Source of the DNA: Rhynchopus sp. YZ270_cl-10
Taxonomy: Eukaryota
Direction of reading: 5' to 3'
Length of the DNA stretch: 64,000 nucleotides
NCBI GenBank assembly: GCA_964035575.1
Contig: OZ037841.1
Span: 1-64,000 of the forward strand
The translations under genes and the position numbers were made by a program. The notes under the pieces are model-generated. The model was not told the DNA's origin. It made no database searches and saw only the letters and a program-made list of their open reading frames with translations. Of this stretch, positions 1 to 9,600 are shown in pieces. Numbering within the stretch: position 1 is the stretch's first letter; each line of letters starts with the position of its first letter.

Positions 1-160
1 CCCATACCCCATACCCCATACCCCATACCCCATACCCCATACCCCATACCCCATACCCCATACCCCATACCCCATACCCCATACCCCATACCCCATACCC
101 CATACCCCATACCCCATACCCCATACCCCATACCCCATACCCCATACCCCATACCCCATA
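1..160. repeat. Telomere-like tandem repeat (CCCCATA)n, G-strand (TATGGGG)n, ~23 units
   Basis: Perfect 7-bp repeat from base 1 with the C-rich strand on +, as expected for a left chromosome end; abrupt junction to unique sequence at 161. Confidence 0.85.
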
Positions 161-1188
161 TCTTTATCGGGTTTGTGGTAGACTTAAGAGCAGATTTGAG
201 ATGTTCACACGCAGTCAAACAGTAATTTTGCCCTATTTAGCAATATTATGACGATTAAGACCCTGTCTGATGGGACTGCGTTTAGGAAGCACTATTTGCG
301 TTGGTTGCGTTCCGTTGTGTTCAGGCGGGTTTGCCGTTGCGTTGCGTTGGCTGTGTTAAGATAGATTACGCTGTGTAAGCACTTCTGGCTTAGTTACGTT
401 GCGTTCAGGTAGTTGCGTTCATATCAGCTGCGTTTTGCTGGTTCCGTTCAGAGCGGGTTTGTGTACATAACTACGATAAAAATCAAGTGGTAAGGCTTAC
501 TACTAGCAAGGGTAAATTTCAACCAGTCCGGGTCAGTGTTTGTGTTTAGTTACGTGCACTGAGTTCAGCTCAGATTGGTTACTGTGGTTGCGTTGTGCTG
601 GTTCCGTGTGTTCGGCGGTCGTTCAGATCGGTGTTCTAATCTAAACGGAACTATGTATTACCTTCGTACATACAGGAATTCATTCAGATTGGTTCTGTGC
701 GTTCGTATTAGTCTACTCAATTCTATTGTTGTATTGTGCTGGTTCCGGTTATGTTAAGTTGCTTTGCAAATTTGATCTATGTGATCTATATGATGTTCGT
801 TTGCGTCCATCAAAGTCCCAAAAATGTCCAAATCGGTTTCTGGTTTCTGGTTTCTCTTTGTTTTGAGTTTCCTGTTAAAAGGCTACCAGTTCCAACCCAG
901 TTGCTCAATACCTGTACAACAATATTGGTAATGAACTTGCTAATGATTTCAGTCATTACGAAAATATACACTTCTTCTCCATATTTCACACTTCAGAATA
1001 CCTCCATCACACTCCCATGTCTGATGATCACTTTGGAAACTAGCAGAACATAACACCAACCGCCTTTCTACACCACAATAACATGCATACCCATGGTTGC
1101 TCACCCACCCAAAGGTCAAGTATCATAAAAGTAGACCAGTCTTCTATCAGCCACACCAGCTGGATAACGATGGTTGCTCACTTCTCGT

Positions 1189-1371
1189 GCGGGTTTACGG
1201 GTTTGCGGGTTTGCGGGTTTGCGGGTTTGCGGGTTTGCGGGTTTGCGGGTTTGCGGGTTTGCGGGTTTGCGGGTTTGCGGGTTTACGGGTTTGCGGGTTT
1301 GCGGGTTTGCGGGTTTGCGGGTTTGCGGGTTTGCGGGTTTGCGGGTTTGCGGGTTTGCGGGTTTGCGGGTT
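1189..1371. repeat. (GCGGGTTT)n microsatellite, ~23 units, at an element junction
   Basis: Read directly; flanked by ...CTTCTCGT and TCTAGTTATTACGG. Confidence 0.97.
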
Positions 1372-4300
1372 TCTAGTTATTACGGGTTTGAGGGGTACAA
1401 AATGGCGACGCTGCAGGATTGCTGGATCGCGTGGTCCCAGTATTTCTGATAATACACTCCGGTAGATTGGGGCCCAAAAACGACGTAATGTACTGGGTTT
1501 GGATGTTAGCATTTTCTGAAGATACCTAAAATGGGTGCGGCATTTCACGGCTATTTTTGTGAAGGAATTGACGATATTTTGTGGTTCTAAGGTGTGTGTA
1601 TTGTATGTGACGAAAATTTCAAAATGTGACATAAGTATGAAATATGGCCAGTATGCCCATAAAATGAGGCCATTGCAACCCTGGAGGACCACATTGGACA
1701 TATTGGGCCAAATTTAGGTGTGTAAGTGTATCGGCTTTAAAATATTTTTTTTCGTGATTTTTGGGGTCATTTTTTGGCTGGGAAAATTGGGCCACATTTA
1801 ACCACAACTACTCAAAACATCAAATCTGTGGCTTTAATGGACTGATTGGGCGTTTTTATGACCTGGACATGGGGGTCAGATACCATTTTAGACATGTTAA
1901 AAATTGGTCAGAAGACCCTGAGAGAAGAACCAAGGTCAAATTGACCTTGAGTACTGGGTCAAATTTGTGTGGGAAAAATGCCCAGTACATAATTGTTGAT
2001 GCGCAAAAGTGCAAAATTCCTTCAGCAATGGCTTCATATGACATTTCCATAACCTGGACATGGGGGTCAGACTCCACTTTTGACCACCTAAAATTTGGTC
2101 ATACACATGTATGAGACCCCAAAAACCAGGATTTTGACCAAAAAATTTTTCCCAGCAATTTTTGCCTACAAAAAATCGAAAAAAAAATTTTTTGATTTTG
2201 GCTCTCCGGAGTCTGTGCGTGCTGTGGTGGGGTCAATTTGCGCTGAGAAATGGGTATTTTTGACCTAAAATGCATGTATCAGTTTTTACATGATTTTTGG
2301 TGTTTTTGGGTTTTAGGTGGGTTTTTTGGTCAGTACCTAATTTCTGATGCTCAAAAGTACAAAATTCCTTCGGCAATGGCTTCATAGGACATTTCCATAA
2401 CCTGGACATGGGGGTCAGACTCCACTTTTGACCACCTGAAATTTGGTCATACACATGTATGAGACCCAAAAACCAGGATTTTTGACCAAAAAATATTTTC
2501 CCACCAATTTTTGCCTACAAAAAATCGAAAAAAAAAAAATTTGATTTTGGCTCTCCGGAGTCTGTGCGTGCAGTGATGGGGTCAATTTGCGCTGAGAAAT
2601 GGGTATTTTTGACCTAAAATGCATGTATCAGTTTTTACATGATTTTTGGTGTTTTGGGGGTTTTAGGTGGGTTTTTTGGTCAGTACATAATGTGCAATGC
2701 TCAAAAGTACAAAATTCCTTCGACAATCGCTTCATAGGACATTTCCATAACCTGAACATGGGGGTCAGACACCACATTAGAGCAGCTAAAATTTGGTCAT
2801 ACACACGTATGAGACCCCAAAAACCAGGATTTTGACCAAAAAATTTTTCCCAGCAATTTTTGCCTACAAAAAATCGAAAAAAAAAATTTTTGATTTTGGC
2901 TCTCCGGAGTCTGTGCGTGCAGTGATGGGGTCAATTTGCGCTGAGAAATGGGTATTTTTGACCTAAAATGCATGTATCAGTTTTTACATGATTTTTGGTG
3001 TTTTTGGGGTTTTAGGTGGGTTTTTTGGTCAGTACCTAATTTCTGATGCTCAAAAGTACAAAATTCCTTCGACAATCGCTTCATAGGACATTTCCATAAC
3101 CTGGACATGGGGGTCAGACTCAACTTTTGACCACCTAAAATTTGGTAATACACATGTATGAGACCCCAAAAACCAGGATTTTGACCAAAAAATTTTTCCC
3201 AGCAATTTTTGCCTACAAAAAATCGAAAAAAAATATTTTTGATTTTGGGTCTCCGGAGTCTGTGTGTGCTGTGATGGGGTCAATTTGCGCTGAGAAATGG
3301 GTATTTTTGACCTAAAATGCATGTATCAGTTTTTACATGATTTTTGGTGTTTTGGGGGTTTTAGGTGGGTTTTTTGGTCAGTACATAATGTGCAATGCTC
3401 AAAAGTACAAAATTCCTTCGACAATCGCTTCATAGGACATTTCCATAACCTGAACATGGGGGTCAGACACCACATTAGAGCAGCTAAAATTTGGTCATAC
3501 ACACGTATGAGACCCCAAAAACCAGGATTTTGACCAAAAAATTTTTCCCAGCAATTTTTGCCTACAAAAAATCGAAAAAAAAAATTTTTGATTTTGGCTC
3601 TCCGGAGTCTGTGTGTGCTGTGATGGGGTCAATTTGCGCTGAGAAATGGGTATTTTTGACCTAAAATTCATGTTTCAGTTTTTACATGTTTTTTGGTGTT
3701 TTTGGGGTATTGTGTGGGTTTTTTGGTCAGTACATAATGTGCAATGCTCAAAAGTACCAAATTCCTTCGCAATGGCTTCATAGGACATTTCCATAACCTG
3801 GACATGGGGGTCAGACACCACTTTTGACCACCTGAAAATTGGTCATACACATGTATGATACCCCAAAAACCAGGATTTTTGACCAAAAAATTTTCCAAGC
3901 AATTTTTGCCTACAAAAAATCAAAAAAAAAAAATTTTGATTTTGGGTCTCTGGAGTCTGTGCGTGCTGTGGTGGGGTCAATTTGCACTGAGAAATGGGTA
4001 TTTTTGACTTAAAATGCATGTATCAGTTTTTACATGATTTTAGAAAACAGAAAACCACCATATTTTTGACATTGATGACAGGCTTCCCAGCACAAGTCAG
4101 TATTTAGAACAGTGTCGTTGTTCATTGGAAGCACAACGATTATCGCTTGCCACACAACTTTGTCAAACATGGGAAGTCTCAAAATAAACGTGCCTTCCTT
4201 ACGTTAAGATGTGTGGAAAATAGCCAAGCACACAAGTACCATTATTTTGACACTGGTAGCAGTCTTCCCCGGAGATGATAGTAAATAACATTGTGCAAAC

Positions 4301-4830
4301 TGTGCAAACTTTCTTATAGTCATGCAAACCTGAAAAATTAATAGCGGCGGAGCAACCACACCACAACCAGACAAGCTTGCTACATGTTGGCGAGCTTTCT
4401 TATCCCTGTGAGTAATTTTGCGGCGGATCCAAACAGCTTAACAACCACAGTCTCTTATGTGTCAATATTAGCGGCGGAGCAAAATATCCTTCCTTAAACA
4501 CACTGCTAAACTGCTAAATTTAGCAGTTTTTGTCCAAATATTTAGTGGGTAAATCCTGCTACATTTCAGTGACCTTTTCTGATAATCTTTTACTGTATCA
4601 GTCATGTCAGCAGCATGTATCAATAATTCGCGGCGTAGCAACGTGCCTCAAAACTACATCCTCCCTCATTTTTTCGACTTTTCCGTGTCATTTCAGGTTT
4701 TCTATGAATGAATAGGCACATCATTTCTGCATTTGCTGAATGATACTAATCTTTTCAACATTAATTCGCGGCGGAGCCATATACCTCACAACCACACCAT
4801 CCTGCCACATTTTAGCGAGCTTTCTTCTAG
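1372..4830. mobile_element. Non-autonomous Helitron derivative: A-type left end, ~6 x 349-bp internal repeat, alternative right end
   Basis: Begins TCTAGTTATTACGG and ends GCGAGCTTTCTTCTAG. The first ~900 bp are near-identical to 6689-7600, and the last ~255 bp match 21615-21870. No RepHel coding sequence. Confidence 0.8.
1985..4040. repeat. 349-bp tandem repeat, ~6 copies, internal to the element
   Basis: Anchor CCTGRACATGGGGGTCAGAC at 2053, 2401, 2751, 3100, 3449 and 3797 (period 348-350). Copies 3 and 5 share diagnostic variants (GACACCACATTAGAGCAGCT), indicating a 698-bp higher-order duplication. Confidence 0.95.
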
Positions 4831-4831
4831 T

Positions 4832-6688
4832 GCGGGTTTGCGGGTTTGCGGGTTTGCGGGTTTGCGGGTTTGCGGGTTTGCGGGTTTGCGGGTTTGCGGG
4901 TTTGCGGGTTTGCGGGTTTGCGGGTTTGCGGGTTTGCGGGTTTGCGGGTTTGCGGGTTTGCGGGTTTGCGGGTTTGCGGGTTTGCGGGTTTGCGGGTTTG
5001 CGGGTTTGCGGGTTTGCGGGTTTGCGGGTTTGCGGGTTTGCGGGTTTGCGGGTTTGCGGGTTTGCGGGTTTGCGGGTTTGCGGGTTTACGGGTTTGCGGG
5101 TTTGCGGGTTTGCGGGTTTGCGGGTTTGCGGGTTTGCGGGTTTGCGGGTTTACGGGTTTGCGGGTTTGCGGGTTTGCGGGTTTGCGGGTTTGCGGGTTTG
5201 CGGGTTTGCGGGTTTGCGGGTTTGCGGGTTTGCGGGTTTGCGGGTTTGCGGGTTTGCGGGTTTGCGGGTTTGCGGGTTTGCGGGTTTGCGGGTTTACGGG
5301 TTTACGGGTTTGCGGGTTTGCGGGTTTGCGGGTTTGCGGGTTTGCGGGTTTGCGGGTTTGCGGGTTTGCGGGTTTGCGGGTTTACGGGTTTGCGGGTTTG
5401 CGGGTTTGCGGGTTTGCGGGTTTGCGGGTTTGCGGGTTTGCGGGTTTGCGGGTTTGCGGGTTTGCGGGTTTGCGGGTTTGCGGGTTTGCGGGTTTGCGGG
5501 TTTGCGGGTTTGCGGGTTTGCGGGTTTGCGGGTTTGCGGGTTTGCGGGTTTGCGGGTTTGCGGGTTTGCGGGTTTGCGGGTTTGCGGGTTTGCGGGTTTG
5601 CGGGTTTGCGGGTTTGCGGGTTTGCGGGTTTGCGGGTTTGCGGGGTTTGCGGGTTTGCGGGTTTGCGGGTTTGCGGGTTTGCGGGTTTGCGGGTTTGCGG
5701 GTTTGCGGGTTTGCGGGTTTGCGGGTTTGCGGGTTGCGGGTTTGCGGGTTTGCGGGTTTGCGGGTTTGCGGGTTTGCGGGTTTGCGGGTTTGCGGGTTTG
5801 CGGGTTTGCGGGTTTGCGGGTTTGCGGGGTTTGCGGGTTTGCGGGTTTGCGGGTTTGCGGGTTTGCGGGTTTGCGGGTTTGCGGGTTTGCGGGTTTGCGG
5901 GTTTGCGGGTTTGCGGGTTTGCGGGTTTGCGGGTTTGCGGGTTTGCGGGTTTGCGGGTTTGCGGGTTTGCGGGTTTGCGGGTTTGCGGGTTTGCGGGTTT
6001 GCGGGTTTGCGGGTTTGCGGGTTTGCGGGTTTGCGGGTTTGCGGGTTTGCGGGTTTGCGGGTTTGCGGGTTTGCGGGTTTGCGGGTTTGCGGGTTTGCGG
6101 GTTTGCGGGTTTGCGGGTTTGCGGGTTTGCGGGTTTGCGGGTTTGCGGGTTTGCGGGTTTACGAGTTTGCGGGTTTGCGGGTTTGCGGGTTTGCGGGTTT
6201 GCGGGTTTGCGGGTTTGCGGGTTTGCGGGTTTGCGGGTTTGCGGGTTTGCGGGTTTGCGGGTTTGTGGGGTTTGCGGGTTTGCGGGTTTGCGGGTTTACG
6301 GGTTTGCGGGTTTGCGGGTTTGCGGGTTTGCGGGTTTGCGGGTTTGCGGGTTTGCGGGTTTGCGGGTTTGCGGGTTTGCGGGTTTACGGGTTTGCGGGTT
6401 TGCGGGTTTGCGGGTTTGCGGGTTTGCGGGTTTGCGGGTTTGCGGGTTTGCGGGTTTGCGGGTTTGCGGGTTTGCGGGTTTGCGGGTTTGCGGGTTTGCG
6501 GGTTTGCGGGTTTGCGGGTTTGCGGGTTTGCGGGTTTGCGGGTTTGCGGGTTTGCGGGGTTTACGGGTTTGCGGGTTTGCGGGTTTGCGGGTTTGCGGGT
6601 TTGCGGGTTTGCGGGTTTGCGGGTTTGCGGGTTTGCGGGTTTGCGGGTTGCGGGTTTGCGGGTTTGCGGGTTTGCGGGTTTGCGGGTT
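4832..6688. repeat. (GCGGGTTT)n microsatellite, ~232 units
   Basis: Read directly, with rare ACGGGTTT variants and 1-bp slips; flanked by CTAG on both sides. Confidence 0.98.
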
Positions 6689-9600
6689 TCTAGTTATTAC
6701 GGGTTTGAGGGGTACAAAATGGCGACGCTGCAGGATTGCTGGATCGCGTGGTCCCAGTATTTCTGATAATACACTCCGGTAGACTGGGGCCCAAAAACGA
6801 CGTAATGTACTGGGTTTGGATGTTAGCATTTTCTGAAGATACCTAAAATGGGTGCGGCATTTCACGGCTATTTTTGTGAAGGAATTGACGATATTTTGTG
6901 GTTCTAAGGTGTGTGTATTGTATGTGACGAAAATTTCAAAATGTGACATAAGTATGAAATATGGCCAGTATGCCCATAAAATGAGGCCATTGCAACCCTG
7001 GAGGACCACATTGGACATATTGGGCCAAATTTAGGTGTGTAAGTGTATCGGCTTTAAAATATTTTTTTTCGTGATTTTTGGGGTCATTTTTTGGCTGGGA
7101 AAATTGGGCCACATTTAACCACAACTACTCAAAACATCAAATCTGTGGCTTTAATGGACTGATTGGGCGTTTTTATGACCTGGACATGGGGGTCAGATAC
7201 CATTTTAGACATGTTAAAAATTGGTCAGAAGACCCTGAGAGAAGAACCAAGGTCAAATTGACCTTGAGTACTGGGTCAAATTTGTGTGGGAAAAATGCCC
7301 AGTACATAATTGTTGATGCGCAAAAGTGCAAAATTCCTTCAGCAATGGCTTCATATGACATTTCCATAACCTGGACATGGGGGTCAGACTCCACTTTTGA
7401 CCACCTAAAATTTGGTCATACACATGTATGAGACCCCAAAAACCAGGATTTTGACCAAAAAATTTTTCCCAGCAATTTTTGCCTACAAAAAATCGAAAAA
7501 AAAATTTTTTGATTTTGGCTCTCCGGAGTCTGTGCGTGCTGTGGTGGGGTCAATTTGCGCTGAGAAATGGGTATTTTTGACCTAAAATGCATGGATCAGT
7601 TTTTTCATGATTTTTGGTGTTTTTGGTGTTTTGTGTGGGTTTTTTGGTCAGTACATAGTGTGCAGTGATCAAAAGTGCAAAGTTCCTTCGTCAATGGCTT
7701 CACAGGAAATTTTTATGACCGGGACATGGGGGTCAGACTCCACTTTTGACCACCTAAAATTTGGTCATACACACGTGTGAGACCGCAAAAACCAGGATTT
7801 TGACCAAAAAAATTTTCCCAGGTACATAATCTGTGCACTGATCAAGATTACAAAATTCATTTGTATGGATGAATTGAATATCAGGTATGTGTAGGTTTCT
7901 GTGTGGGAAGTGGTGGTGATGAGGATAGGAAAAAAGAAACAGTAAAAGTGCGTGAGCTATTCAGTCATTTTGTGTGTTTTTTCTTTTTCTTTTTCTTTTT
8001 CCTTTTCTCATTTTTGATCTTTTTATTTTTATGGCATGACAATACTCTCACCCGCCAAAGTGAGCGCCTTCTTCAAGGTGTAGTCTTTTTTTAAAGCTAT
8101 GTTTTAACCTCTTCCGCAAACCCGAAAACCCGCAAACCCTATATTTCCTTATTTTTTTTAATCCAAGACAAAAATATTTTCTTCATCACAAGAGAGTATC
8201 TCCGGCTGGGAAGAAAAAAACAACAAAAACTGCTGATCAAACCGGTCAAAAAGTCTCTGTAAAAATAAAAACTGCTACAATTTCCAAACTAATTGATTTT
8301 TTTTAAAACTAAACGAACTCCACAAAAACAGTTTAAAAAAACAGTGAAACAGAAACAAAAATAAAATCCTTTTTTTTTAGATGGGCTAAGCTTACCCAGT
8401 TTTTTTTTTCTCATATTTTTTTTCAATCCAATGAACATGTTCAAACAAATATTTCTTCATCACAAGAGATTTAATCTGATTCTCTCCGGCTGGGAAGAAA
8501 AAAAAAATAAAAATAAAAATAAAAGTCTTTTACAGTAATTTACTGTAAAGAAAAAAAGGAAAAAATTTTTTTAGTCAAGATCACCCGGTTGAAAGTCAGA
8601 AAGGTGATTGTCTGGAAATGTGGGGTAAATTAGGGCTTTTTTATGTTAGGGCTTTTTTATGTGCTTTCAGTACATTTTCTGGAGTTCCTGTACCAATGTT
8701 GAAGTGGGGAGGTTGATAAGTTTGCACTATCAGCAGTCTCTTTTCTGATGGTATTTGCATAAGAACATCTTCAGGAGATTGCCCCTTTGGCAAAAAATGA
8801 AAGCAAGAATATCCTTCTGTCTCATAGGTCCTAGAAGTGACTACTGTGATAAGAGACCTAAGCATGAGAGACATCAGTGCTACTTCTACCTCCTGCGCAT
8901 AACTGTCATCGGCATTATTTGTGACGCGTTGAAGAAGGTCATCAAAGTTCCTGTTTTGTTTACAGGTGTGGTAGAAAAGTTTAGGTTTGCGGGTTTGCGG
9001 GTTTGCACAAATACAAATGCTACATACCTTTTTTTTTTCTCTTCATCATCAAAAAGTAAGGGATGCTCCTGGATCATAATCTCATTCCTGAGCAAGAACT
9101 CTGCAAATCTTCTGCGTAGAGCATGACCATCATTTCTTTTTCCAGTGAGGAGCTGCTGTATGGCGTGATAGAAACACGTTCCATCACCAGTAACGTCAAT
9201 TTGTCCGAGGTTGAACCTGCTCAGAACATGTTGAATATTATTCTCATTGTTCCTGTAAAATATTGGTAATGGTTTTAAAGTTGTTGACCACGAAAAAAAC
9301 ATACCTATTTTTTTCAGAAACTGTAGTTGTTACATTTTTTTGTGGATGAGAAGCTTCTGGAACGTTGTTGTGGATATATTCCCTGTATAAATTGTAGTGT
9401 ATTATTTAATTAAAAATGTACAATAATTACTGTAACCATAATGTAATGCTAACATACCATCCCCCCTCTGGAAATGTAAAAGGATAGAAATCCATCGGTT
9501 GTTCTTCTTCATCCTTTGTCCAGGGAGTTACTACAAGAGACCTTCCACATGCCGGGTTGTTGATTTCGTGTTCTTTATCATCAATGGGGCTTCCATCAGC

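Noticed and set aside
1933..1947. Perfect estrogen-response-element consensus AGGTCAnnnTGACCT
   Set aside because: Nothing indicates an animal nuclear-receptor context; treated only as an element palindrome.
1535..3898. Recurrent 60-117 aa ORFs in subterminal regions and 349-bp repeats
   Set aside because: They recur only because the DNA is repeated; homopolymer indels shift their frames between copies.
4733..6782. 600-680 aa ORFs of (RVCGFAGL)n and the reverse (PQTRKPAN)n; also at 1083-1465
   Set aside because: Translation artefacts of a stop-free 8-bp repeat that is open in several frames.
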